Shown in pieces: positions 12,301 through 23,691 of a stretch of 64,000 nt of DNA (position 1 is its first letter; every line of letters begins with the position of its first letter). The DNA is from Paraspadella gotoi (taxonomy: Eukaryota > Animalia > Chaetognatha). Both the position numbers and the translations under genes were made by a program. Location of the stretch: the NCBI GenBank assembly GCA_051294375.1, contig CM119265.1, positions 20,120,966-20,184,965 on the forward strand. Direction: 5' to 3'. Under the pieces are notes generated by a model. The model had not been told where the DNA came from. It did no database searches and worked only from the letters and a program-made list of their open reading frames with translations.

Positions 12301-13989
12301 CCCAAACCGCATCATTTCTGATTCAGTTTCACACAAACCAATGTTGCCAAGACTGATTCTCAAGTGCAGACCGAACCTACCAATGTCAAAGACTGCTAAT
12401 GATGTGAAAACTCAACGTGGAAAAATCCAAGGAGAAACTTCATTTGCAAGAATCAACTCAAACAGAAAAATCAAACACAAAAATCAAGTCCTGCTCTTAT
12501 CAGTCTCCGGTCAAGAAATGGGAAACAAAATCAAGAAATGAAAGAACTGGACCCTGGAAAGAATACATGATCCTCAAACCTGCGCTGAAAAAATCTATAT
12601 CCCCCTCATCGACGAGTTCCTCAAGACCAAAGAAGGCAACAGCTTTTGGAAAACGCAAAAATACTTACCCTAAACTGATGGAAATAGACTACGACCATGG
12701 TTGCGCCAGAAGTTTGCTGCATTTTTGGCTCAGACTTTACCATTGCCCTTTTTTTAAGAATCAATATCAGTCATGGTGCAGTGGCATAATTTTCAATGAC
12801 TGTGACATAAATTAAAAATAAACTTTTAATCATTTAAATAGTAGCTTTGATAGAAATCAATAGTTTTAGTTTGTGACTTCTCTCACATTTTTAGTCTTGT
12901 TCTTTGTTTTTTAGTCCAGAGGGAAGCATGACGATGTAATGCCACGCCATTGGGGCCTGGACATTACATCTTGGTCAAGAAGGGGGACGCAGAGGAGGAT
13001 TTAGCCTGCCGTCCAATTCTCTCTTCCTTCTCTTCTTCTTTCCTCCTCCTGCCCCTTAGTATATTTTGTCTAGCGATATATTCTCTCGTTTCTACTCTTC
13101 ATGAAATATACCATTATTTTCCCTCTATTTCTTCACGCCTTCAATACCCCTCAAGTTTCCAAATAGCAAAATTATGTCAGTCATTTTCCAGTTCTTTGGT
13201 AAAGCACACCTCTGAGTCGGAAATGACGGTTAAACCGGCGTCGGTCACACATCGGTCGCCCGCAAAGCCGATCTCCTCGTCCTCGCATATGATGTCGTTG
13301 TCGCTTTCGGCTCCGGCGTCGTAGGCTGCGGAAACGACCGCCAGCGCGGAGTCGAAGGCGGCAGCGTCGTGAAGCTTGAAACCTTCCGTCGACGCTTCCT
13401 GCTTCAGGTTGTGCGTCGACGCAGGTGTATCCCCGCCTCCACGATTTCGTTTCGATGGGGAGGGCGTTAACGCTGACGAGTGGTTCGACATGGAGCGCTT
13501 CCGCGGGGAGTCGGCGGACGCGTTAGGTCGTGACGTGGTAGGGGACGTTTGAGAGGTGGGAAAGTAGGTGTGGGAGCGCTCTTGAAGGGAGGATATCTGA
13601 ACGAAGAATGATGAACGAGTGAAACAGGGAACGAAACAAAATTCTATGCAAAGACTGTATATGAAAAGGTAAAACGTACCTCAGGGTTAACTTCCATTTC
13701 AACGTCGTTCCCGACAGGGGTCAGCCGATGAGTCAAGTAAGAATCGCACAAGTGACGCTTTCCACTAAAGAATCGTCCGCCGGAATGCTCCACCAGCATA
13801 AACACGCTCGCGTCTGTCGGTAAGTAATAAAAAATGATAAAAAAGAATATGCAAGAGGGGGAATAGTTAAACGTTCTCACCCGTCATTGATGCTAATTTC
13901 ATGGCGGTTTCCATGAGAATACTGGCCATCTGCAATTCCAAGTTTTGCAGTTGATTCATGAAGCCCATCAAACTTCCAGAAGAAGCCAT
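9325..13989 (-). CDS. Unknown protein, family member B, 4 exons; last intron (about 9700-13209) expanded by transposon insertions
   Basis: ATG at 13989 (MASSGSLMGFMNQLQNLELQMASILMETAMKLASMT). Exon 2 reads DASVFMLVEHSGGRFFSGKRHLCDSYL. Exon 3 ends at 13210 with a GTGTGC donor. The last exon starts at 9699 after CCCTTCAG and reads KQWIFAEILQHPKLEAVKQICDES, colinear with the 16967-18304 gene. Confidence 0.75.
9891..10335 (+). repeat. Dispersed repeat, copy 1 (TAGGGGAAGC...GGGGTGAGTC end); probable DNA-transposon fragment
   Basis: About 440 bp similar to the reverse-complement copies ending at 24329 and 62320. The inner boundary is approximate. Confidence 0.8.
10640..10735 (+). mobile_element. 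Helentron/HINE-like 3' end: (GAC)n microsatellite followed by a terminal stem-loop
   Basis: GACGACGACGACGAC, then TTATCTACGCC, the perfect 20-bp palindrome AGACGGGCTTAAGCCCGTCT (10701-10720), and GGCGAGATAAAAA. Confidence 0.55.
10773..13155 (+). mobile_element. Small non-autonomous LTR-type element with about 165-bp direct terminal repeats and a TTTCC target-site duplication
   Basis: The 3' repeat 12990-13155 matches 10773-10883 plus 11362-11417. TTTCC lies at 10768-10772 and 13156-13160. A purine tract AAGAAGGGGGA precedes the 3' repeat and a PBS-like TGACGCCC.. follows the 5' repeat. Confidence 0.8.
10884..11361. mobile_element. Insertion nested in the 5' LTR with an ACTCTT duplication
   Basis: Absent from the 3' LTR copy. 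ACTCTT occurs at 10878-10883 and again at 11356-11361. Confidence 0.7.
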
Positions 13990-16966
13990 GGCGAACCAGT
14001 TATGTTGGATTTTTTGGGTAGAAATACTAGAATTTAAAACTATTCGAGAGGGAAAGAAACAACGTACAAAATACAGTTGAATTTTTTTTAGACAAGATGA
14101 AAGAAATAAAACAACGATATTGAAAGTCTTCAAGTACACTTTTACAAATATTCGTTGTGATCATACAAAGGTTTCTCTTTCTTCAGATCAGCCATATCAA
14201 CGTTTTAAAAAAATAAAGTACGGAAAGGTGATACATGGATAGTTTTTAAAAAATTTAAGAAGGTTGACTTCAGGTAAGCTTTTAATGGTCGAGCGAAGCA
14301 AACAAACTATAATGGCAAATCAAAAAGAACGGGCCAACTACGATAAGAGACCTTGAAAAAGACCTGGAAAAACGCCTACAAAGAATATAAAACCTCGACC
14401 ATGTTCACAAAGATCACAGCGTCTTTAGCAAAGTTCAACCACTGGCTAATCACTCCATGAAGATGCAAAAGTGGATCTTGTAGTTCTCTTTAGGGAGACG
14501 AACGAATAACGCTGCGGCAAGGAGACGCCTTAAGATAAGTTGGTTATTGTTTAAGTATCTGTGGGCCCAAAAGTTTACGAGGAGGCAGAAAAAGCAAACC
14601 AATTACATATATCATCCCAATGAACAAACCTAAGCGAGCAATTCTGGGAGAATCTTATCTCGGCTTTTGAAGGCGAGGCTGGTGAAAAAGGATCGGAACC
14701 TCTCTTTGGCACAAGCCTTGACAGATGACCGCGATCGTCTCACTCTTATACGGACGCCTTCGGTAAGGGAAAACGGGGGGAGGGGAAAGGAGGGACAAAG
14801 AAAAAAGAGGAAAACGTAAGTACGTGGCGAATAGGCGACCGAAAATTCGAAGGGGGAAAGGGTGGTCAAAAACTGGTTATGGAAATCGAATAAACACCAA
14901 AAAATTCTTCCAAAGTATAGATTATCATGTCAATCTCTCTAAAAAAAGTATCATCTTATAAGAAAAGTAAAGAGACTCATTGATATGGCTGATCAAAAGA
15001 AGCGCAGAAAAAAAAAGGTTTCTCTCAGTTTGTATGAGAAGTTGAACACGTTTTCCATTTGGTGTATCTCACTCGAAAAGAAACTCGGAAACGTTCCCTC
15101 GCGAAAGCTTTGACATGACACTGTCGATCGCGCCGGTCGGGCATTCGAAGACCTTTTGGGAAAAGGGAAGTTAAAGGTGGGTAAAAACGCTCGACTAATT
15201 AAAAGCAATTCAAAAATCGCGGATCAAAAACAATAATAATTAACCAAAAAAAAAAAGAAAAGTTATTTGCCACATATCACCTTTTGGAAAGAATAAGTAT
15301 CGGCGGATAATTTTAATTCAAAAACAAAAAACGGCAAAGTGATCAAGCTTTTTGCACAACTGCAACTTTTTTGAGTTGATTGAATATTGTTCCAAAACAT
15401 TTCCTCATTACTTCTCTAGAAGACGCCTTTACTTTGTAAGGATGTGGGCCATGAAAAACTCGTATACCTTGCGAAAAAATGAAAAGAGAAGAAGAAAGAT
15501 GATTTCGTTGAGCCAATGGAAATAACTAAGAATTCCTTTAAAAAGAGCATTCCCAATTAAACGCTTTTCGCTCTATACTTAGACCAAGTAATTAAATTAG
15601 TTAAAACTTTAAAATATGTCACGTGATCAGCCACATCTTTAAATGCCCAAGAAGGAAGAAAAGACTTGGTATGATCACAATAAAACGCCTTGTAGGGCCT
15701 CAAACGTAATTTTGCCACATTTTCTGATCAATAGACGAGTTTTTCCGAAACGATTCTCTAGAGATAATTTCGATGCGAACGCCCGTCGCTTAACCGTAAA
15801 CCTCTCAAACAAAGAGGGAAAAATGACATACTAACATTAGCTAAGTATTCTCACACCTTAGGGCCGCAGAAGATGAAATATTTCTGTACGGTTCTGTGCG
15901 GTTACAACAACGAAAATATTTCAATGGAGGGATGTCGAAAAAGGATCAGCCATATCAATATCTTCTCATTTTTTAAAAGTCAATGGATCGGCAGCTATAT
16001 TCTTCTCCTTCTGCTTTGAGTCATCGTCGTCCGAAATGATTTTCTCATGGCTTCGCGGGCGAAGGACTTGACAGAGAGTCTTTGCCGTCCTCCGTGACGG
16101 ACGAGGCCTTAAACAAAAAAGCAAACAAAACAAAAAACATCAAGCTTACATGCAATTTTATTAAAAAATAAAAATAAAATATATGACTGATGAGCGGGGT
16201 TTATGTCCAACATGACGTGTCAGCATGACATAATCACTCGACGCGACCTTGGGCATAAAACGAAAAACGTACAAAATCGACTAAAATCTTTCCTATTGGC
16301 TATCCCCTATATTATTTTCTACCACCCCAACCCAGCCTCGTTGAACAAATTTTTATTTCCACGAGTTCCTAGAAACAGAATCAAACGGAATAATTTATTT
16401 AGGCGTCACCTTCAAATTTCAAAAGTCTTTGGCTCGTAATTGATTCATCCATCTAACAAAACCACTTCTCATGAGCTCGCGGCAGGACGATCTTATTTTG
16501 AGTTCCTTGCGACCCGAGCAACGCGTCACGCCTTCAAAGTCGAGAAAAGAAACGATTTCAACCAAATTGAACGAGGGCCTTCCGGTGATCGATAAAAACT
16601 CAAGTTATAATTTGGAATTGGAGTTAAAGAGTTCACTTGGGAGAGAGAAATGTCAAGATTTTAACTTTTAACTATCATTTTCTTCCGGGCGTCGACCAAA
16701 ATATAAACCCTCCAGCGAAGATTGCGTGAGAAGTGAAAAGTCAGTGTTGACACAAGACCGGTGTTAACAATAGCTGACCCAAAATCGTGGAGCGATTAGG
16801 AAAACCGAGTGCATCAGATTTGGATAGACTCGCGCTTCTCAAATAAATTTCACGGAAACATTAAAAAAAAAAATTCGTTCAGCCAACAAGGATAAAAACA
16901 ATATTTACAAAATCACTTCCCGCTTCCCCTCCCAACTAAAAAATTTGGCACCACTGATATGGCTGA

Positions 16967-18304
16967 TCATCGTGGAAATTCTATCTCTCTAGGGGGTTCC
17001 AAGACTGTCGTCTGGCCTTGACCGGGCGAAGTGACCGGAATCCACTCGATGGTCCTAAACTTGACGGGGTAGGGGGACTTTTTGGTATGAGCGAAAACCG
17101 TTCTGTACTTTTCACGGCAACCCGACTTAAGCGGCCTCGCTCGCTTTCCTATGAACGTCTTCAGACCTTTGTCATGGAGTTCCTGGAGGTTGGGCAAGTG
17201 GTGCCAGAGCTCCTCGAAGCAGCGGGAGTAGAAGGCTTTGCAACGGGGGTCGTCAATTGTGTCAAAGGGGCAATTGTGAGCGGCGATTTTGGCGTATTCG
17301 TAGAGGAGGGAGTTGAGGAGCTTTGACGCGACTGAGTCTTTGTTGGCGATGGAGGAATCACAGACTTGTTGAACGGCTTCTAGCTTCGGGTGTTGGAGAA
17401 TTGCATTGAGGACGGCCATATGCTTCAGTAAATAATAGTGAAAATTTATATGTATAAATAAGTAGAGCCCAAATTGGTATTTGTGCTTCGCGCTTTTTTA
17501 ACAAACAACCGAGTACAAACCTCACCTCATTAGAGGGTGGCATATCGACGTCGACCCCTGGAAAAGTGACGTCGAAATGTTCGTCGGTCTCGTCGTCGAT
17601 GACAGTTACGTCGTCGGCGTCGGCTCCTTCCGCCTCCATCTTGAGAGAGTTGGCAATCTCAGTTCGCAACTTTTTTGGAGAAACGGCAAAGGATGTGGAG
17701 GCGGCGGGGGAAGATCGCTTACGAGCACGTCGCCCCGCTTGGGCCGCCGTTGGCGAAGCATACGGAGGGTTGGATGCGGCCGAGGGCGTGGCAGGGGGAT
17801 TCGCTCCGGTAAAATCTGCTCCGCTCGGGTGAGTTGCTTTTTCTTGTAGAGCGCAAATCTGAAGATAGAAAGCCAATTTTAAAAAACGGGATTTTTATTA
17901 TTTACATTTATCCATATGTACATTTATTAAAATATCATGAGTGAAAAAATCAACACGAGCACCTCTGGAAAAATTTCCAATTCGACATCGTTATTTGATG
18001 GACCTAAGCAGTTGTTTAAGTAGGAGTCACACAGATATTTTTTCCCGCTAAAGTATCGTTGTCCTGATGACTCTACCATGATGAAAACGTTAGCGTCTAA
18101 AAGTGATATTAAAAAAATTAACTAAGGAAACTATAAATAATTTACAATAAATACATAATTAGTTAATTAATTAAATATGTATTTACCTATCATGGTGGCT
18201 ATCTTCATGGTAGCTTCCATTAGAACACTCGTTAACTGTAGTTCCATAGTTTGTAATTGAGTCATCAAGCCCATGAATGTGGAACTTGGTGAGGCCTCCG
18301 CCAT
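16967..18304 (-). CDS. Unknown protein, family member C, 4 exons
   Basis: ATG at 18304 (MAEASPSSTFMGLMTQLQTMELQLTSVLMEATMKIATM). Exon 2 reads DANVFIMVESSGQRYFSGKKYLCDSYL. Exon 3 is low-complexity with a basic NLS-like stretch (RRARKR, PKKLR). The last exon reads ILQHPKLEAVQQVCDS..SKLLNSLLY..CPF..PRCKAFYSRCFEELW..LPNL. Intron layout matches member B. Confidence 0.82.
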
Positions 18305-18450
18305 GTTTTTATTATTCAATAGAATAATTTATCTATAAAAATCAAAGTAAAAAATTAATCATACATTCTAAATACAATTATTAAAAACAAATGAGACGCT
18401 TCGATAACAAAAAAATATTAAAATTTAACAATAAAAAAAGAATAAAAAAT

Positions 18451-21015
18451 TTAAGCGTCCTCAACACGGAAATCACTGCTTCCGCGAGGATAACGAAAAT
18501 CGACGGAGGCAAATGTGAACGTCGAGGTCGAAGGAGCCATCGACAATTGCGCGTCCTGGAAGCGTTTGTCCCCTTTTCCAGGACAAGGGTCTGCCTTCGG
18601 TGATACCTTCAGGTCAAATGATTTTGATCCGAGATTAGGTCCTTCTTCCGGGCAACGCCCTCTGCCTTTGGAACGTCTCTGGCCTTGCTGTTTCTCTGCG
18701 ATAGGTCTTTTGAGGTTCTCGTCTTCTCGAGAAAAATGCTGACGTCTCGGAGAAACCGAATTTGGTGAAGAGAAAGGAAAGCTGCGAGAGCTGTCGAGAG
18801 CTGGCCCATTGGAATTAAAAGGGGGGAAGTGCCGGTCGTAGTTTTCTTGAGCGGCTGGATCAGGGACGGATTTACATATTTTTCTGGACATCGGCGGAAT
18901 AGCGTTTCCAGGCTTCGGTGCTGAGGGTAATCGTGGCGTTCCTACCGCTTTCTCGAGATTCGCGAACTTGGTAAAACTGGCTCCGAGAATGGCGGAACTA
19001 AGCCTCTGAACTTCCGACCTTTGCTCGAGCCTCCCGTCGCACACTTCCAGCAATGGTGCGCCCCCCAATGCCTTGATCAGCTTCACTTGAAAAATCTTGC
19101 CGTCGAAAAACTTCCAAGGGGCAGTGGATTCGATGGGAAAAGGATTCCCGCAAGCGTCGTTGGCCAGAGACACCATCTCTAACCCGCGAGTAAAGAGAGA
19201 CGCCAGGCAGATGGCCCTGGGAGGAAGTAAGGGAAGCTCGATCGCCTTCGTAACATTTACGTCTCGAACGACAGGAGAAACTGCGGTGGCGAGAAATGCA
19301 TGGAGCTCATCGCGGGTTAACATCGATCGTTCGTCGACGACGTGATCTATCATGGCTCGTAAGACCACGCAGACCGGGAGGCTGTGAAGTGGCGCTTGAT
19401 CGAAACGCGGGAACGAATACGACAACAGAACCCGTTCGAAAGTGCGAAATCGCTCCGTTTGATCGGCGGGCGTTTCTCCGAACCAAAGGGACTCTAGCGT
19501 AGGAAATCGCGGCTGGTCCTCAAAAACGATCGGTAGGTAATCGGCGCGATTTCCCATATTGCCGTCGGACATGTACCATTCCTTGACAAAGACCTCCCCC
19601 TGCGATTGTCGCGAGGGTAAAAGAACCTCGTAGATGCGGCGACGGAAATGACGATAAAGGTCGCAAGACGACGGGAGTCCGGCTAGCGGAGCCAAGCTGT
19701 CCAATCCAGTCGCCAAGCGAACTTCCCCGTAGGCCAAAACGGGAAAGATTGAGGGATGACAGAGACCGTTACGATGACTATGCAAGGCTGCATCCCAAAC
19801 CTTTTGACTAACGTTGTTTGGAATTTGATACGTCAATTCCAAGGGTATGGTAGGCAGAGCTTCTGCAACGTATCGGTCGATATTATCAGTAATGATCTTC
19901 TTTTGAAATTCGCCTGAACCACTGAAAATCGAGGCGACCACGCGTTCGCCGCTTACCACTTCGAGGCGTTGTACGAAACCGGCCACTCCTCTTACGATTA
20001 AGGCGGACGGCAACGGATTTCCAGCGACCGACTCGTGAAATTGTCTTAAATCGCGAAGAGTGAAGAGGTAGCCCCCTAAAAGAAGCATCGTCAGCCGAAA
20101 TCGGACAGGGTCGAGTCGCAAAGATCCCATTACTCGTTCAAAGTCGTACGCCCGAGATTCTATCTTTTTACTGAAGGTGAGTTTAAAGTGACGGGCGGAG
20201 AAGACGCGGAGGCCTTTGCGACCGAAAAAGCAGGTTCTGTCGGTGAGCAGTGCGTCGGCGGAGAATTCAGAATAGAGGGTAATAGTTTCCCGTAGATGAT
20301 CTTCGACGGTACACTTCGTTGGAATGCGCAGACTTCGCAAACACTGACGAAGGGCGTTTCTCACACCTGCTGGAGGTGTCCAATATTGGGCGAGATTACA
20401 AGGTTGACATCGCTCGCCCGGAGGCTTTAAAATTTGCTCGGCGCCGCGCCAACGGTCGGCTTCGCATTCAGCCCACTCGTGCTGTCGCATCTATAAATGA
20501 TTTTCGGCTGATCGAACGAATAATCCTTGCCAAATTTCCCTACGTATATTTGGCAAACAATGAATAATTATCATAAATAATGTTATAAATAATTATAATA
20601 ATAATAATAACATCAACATTCAATAAACTGTTTTATTAAAAAGTTTAAAGAAAAAAGAAGTTAATTCTAAAAACTCGTATTTATTTTTCTTAACCATTAC
20701 CAAAGATCCTCGTTCAATCAACTGATCGACACCTACCAAGTCAATAGACCCATCGAAAACTACAATGAGTCTCACGTGCTGCATCGCACAGGCCTCTGCC
20801 AAAGAATTCAGAAACTCGCCCATGCGGCTCCACTCGCCGCCGGAGGTCCAATCGGAGTGAAAACCGCCATAAAGGCGATCGAGGCACGAGTCAGCGTCTA
20901 CCAGAAGAGTAAAGCCGGAAGGGTGAGTTTCGGCCGCCAAGGCGCTAATGTCGACCTGAGAAGTCGCTTCTCTGCAATGACCTTCGATAAAACGACGAAA
21001 AGATTCTGATTCCAT
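18451..21015 (-). CDS. FAM120-like PIN-domain protein, diverged tandem paralogue, 2 exons
   Basis: Exon 21015-20737 (LLVDADSCLDRLYGGFHSDWTSGGEW..FDGSIDL, GTAGGT donor) joins exon 20490-18451 after ATTTATAG. Motifs WTPPAG, KEWY and LANDACGNPFP..PWKFFDGKIFQ match the adjacent paralogue. Confidence 0.85.
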
Positions 21016-21192
21016 CGTTTTTAAAAGCTGGTTCTTGAAACAAAGGCAACAAAAGAAAATTATGAAATGAAAGGCAAGTCTATTGATTAAAAGAAAAAAA
21101 ATATAAATTTTTCGAAAGTTACATCAAGAGGAGACATAACCGGTTGTCACATTGCAATAAACTTCGAAAAAGTCGGCAACTAAGGACAATAG

Positions 21193-23496
21193 TCAATAAA
21201 ACCGATTTGAAGCTCCGTACTGAAACGAGTGATAGTTGACATATGCGGAGGCTTCATTTTGTAACCCTTCCACTCGGGAAAACCCTCTTGCACCACTCAT
21301 CTCGGCTTGTCCCAAAATGCGCTTGGCTGGAAGCCCAACTCGATTTCCCGCTGAGGAAGGGGAATTGTTGAATGGTTGAACGTTGGACGCAACCCCTTGC
21401 ATCCATCCGCCCGGGGCGGGCTGCATCGGCTGCCGCTGCTGCATCAGCCCGCGGTACGGCTGGCGCAGAGGAAGACACTTAGCGCCGCTAGTGATCGACT
21501 CGAACATTTGCTTTACCATCGCCGCTTGTGAGCTCTGCCCGTCGCAGATCTCAATCAACGAATGTTGGGCGGAGGCCTTCAACAATTTAAGCTGAAAGAG
21601 CTTGCCATCGAAGAATTCCCAAGGGCAGGTGAACTGCCAAGGAATGGGTGAGCCACAAGCGTCATTGGCAAACGACGCCACTTGAATTCCTTGCATCACA
21701 AGGGACCCCAACGCCATCCCGCGGGCGTTCACCTCCGGCAAACTGATTTCTTTTGTCATGCGCACGTTCTTTTTGACGGGGCAGACGGCCATCGCCAACA
21801 AAGCCTCTATCTCAGCGCGGGAAAGGAAAGTGCGGCGGTCGCGCGAATACATGAGCAAGCAGCGCAGAACAGTGCAGAGCAGCAGATACTTGCGAGGGAC
21901 CTTGGCGACGTTGAGTAAGATCGTGTCGTCTACGTTCATGCAGCCGAGAAAAGCTTGCAAACGGCGATCTTTGTCCTCCTGTTGGCTTCCAAACCACAGC
22001 TTGTCTACCGAAGGTATGGGTGTATCCAAAGAGAGAGCGGGAACGTGATCGGCTCGTTCGCCCATGTTGCTCCTGGTCACGTACCATTCCTTGACAACGA
22101 TTTCGGAACCATCGTCAGAAGGATCGCGGCTCTTCTCTCCGGCGTTGAGAAGAACTCCATAAACTCTCTGACGAGCCTCTCGGAAAACATCGAGTGAAGA
22201 AGGGAGGCTATCATCCGACTCGTCCTCAATAACGACCTCCAATCTGATTTCCTTGTGCGCCAGGACGTGATGCACCCAGGGCATCATGAGCCCGCGCTGG
22301 TGACGGCCCAAGGTTAGCTGCAGCACCTTTTTTCGTGAATCGACAACGCCTTCAACGGCGGCAACGTCGAGACTGTGTTTTTCTTTGTCAGTGTCGGACG
22401 CGAAAGCACCGCCGCTTTCCTCTAAAACGGAGAGATCGTCAAATCCAGAGGAAGCGAATCCTTCGGAAGCAACTCCGGCGGGCGTGGAGAACTTGGGAAA
22501 GCCCTTTTCGGTGCCGTTGACATAGTATTGCAGACTGTCCTTAAAACGCTGAAGAAGAACGCGGAATTTAGACGCGTCAGCGGAAGCGGAAGCGAATACT
22601 ATCTTGGCCACAGCGATTGGATCTTCGAGCTGTGTTTGCTTGGCAATAAAATCGGCGACGGCTTGGACGAGCTGCTTTGCATCGGCCTTTTGCGGATCTT
22701 TTCCGGACAGGATGACCTTGTGAAATTCACTGAGGTCTTTTTCGCTTAAAATATGATTTCCTAACAACGAACCCACCCAAGGTAGTCGGTCGAGTGGAAC
22801 ACCGAGTTTCTTTGCCAAAACATCGACGAGAAACTCAGTTGTTAGCAATTCCTTTTTAAAAGTCAGTTTGAAAAGATTGGAGGAAAAGTATCGCGGTGGA
22901 TTAAATACGATCAACTCGGCACTTCGACCAAGCACGCCGTCGAACTTGTTCTCACGACAAAAGGCGATGACTTCTTGATGATGATCGTCCATGCTACAGT
23001 AGACAGGAATCCCGATATGGCGTAGCGCCATCCGCATGGCTTGACGTAGCCCTGCCGGGGGGACCCAAAGAGCGGAATGAGGCGGCTGGCCGCGCGTATT
23101 GACCTGCTTGACGAGCTGCTGAATGCGATTCTTTACCGACGTCTGAACATCGACCCACTGCTTCAAGCGACTCTTCTCCAAAGCGCCATTAAGAAAGACG
23201 ACGAGCTTGACCCCGGTCTTGACACAGGCTGTGTTTAAAGCCGACAGAAATTCATACATGCGATTCCATTGGCCGCCGGAGAACCAATCGGCATGGAGGC
23301 CACCGTAGAGCCGATCCAAGCAACACTCCGCGTCCATAATTAACTGGAATTTCACCGAGCTCGAAGAAGCCGGGCCCTTCTTGGAATCATCGGTATCTTT
23401 CTCGACCATCTTGGCGATCAATTTCCCAATGTCAACGGAAACATTGGCCTCTTTGCACTCCGATTCAAGGTAACGCTGCAACGCGTAGATTCCCAT
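21193..23496 (-). CDS. FAM120 family (constitutive coactivator of PPAR-gamma-like) protein, intronless
   Basis: 767-aa ORF with MGI..LQ.YLE, DAECCLDRLYGG..DWFSGGQWNRM, DDHHQEVIAFCREN and ANDACGSPIPW..CPWEFFDGKLFQ, which are characteristic FAM120A/B/C motifs. Confidence 0.92.
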   Translation of the reverse strand: MGIYALQRYLESECKEANVSVDIGKLIAKMVEKDTDDSKKGPASSSSVKFQLIMDAECCLDRLYGGLHADWFSGGQWNRMYEFLSALNTACVKTGVKLVVFLNGALEKSRLKQWVDVQTSVKNRIQQLVKQVNTRGQPPHSALWVPPAGLRQAMRMALRHIGIPVYCSMDDHHQEVIAFCRENKFDGVLGRSAELIVFNPPRYFSSNLFKLTFKKELLTTEFLVDVLAKKLGVPLDRLPWVGSLLGNHILSEKDLSEFHKVILSGKDPQKADAKQLVQAVADFIAKQTQLEDPIAVAKIVFASASADASKFRVLLQRFKDSLQYYVNGTEKGFPKFSTPAGVASEGFASSGFDDLSVLEESGGAFASDTDKEKHSLDVAAVEGVVDSRKKVLQLTLGRHQRGLMMPWVHHVLAHKEIRLEVVIEDESDDSLPSSLDVFREARQRVYGVLLNAGEKSRDPSDDGSEIVVKEWYVTRSNMGERADHVPALSLDTPIPSVDKLWFGSQQEDKDRRLQAFLGCMNVDDTILLNVAKVPRKYLLLCTVLRCLLMYSRDRRTFLSRAEIEALLAMAVCPVKKNVRMTKEISLPEVNARGMALGSLVMQGIQVASFANDACGSPIPWQFTCPWEFFDGKLFQLKLLKASAQHSLIEICDGQSSQAAMVKQMFESITSGAKCLPLRQPYRGLMQQRQPMQPAPGGWMQGVASNVQPFNNSPSSAGNRVGLPAKRILGQAEMSGARGFSRVEGLQNEASAYVNYHSFQYGASNRFY

Positions 23497-23691
23497 GGCA
23501 AAACTAATTTTCTACGTACGTGCCAATAACTGCTATCTTGGAATTACCAAGTCTAATTGTAGGTAAAATGAAACTTCGCAAAAATCCTTAGTCGATTCAC
23601 AAAAGAAAATTGCCTATAAGATAATTGGAGTTTGAAGAATGTAACGCTTAGGTACTTCGTAACTATTTCCACGTAGCATAGTATAATAGTA

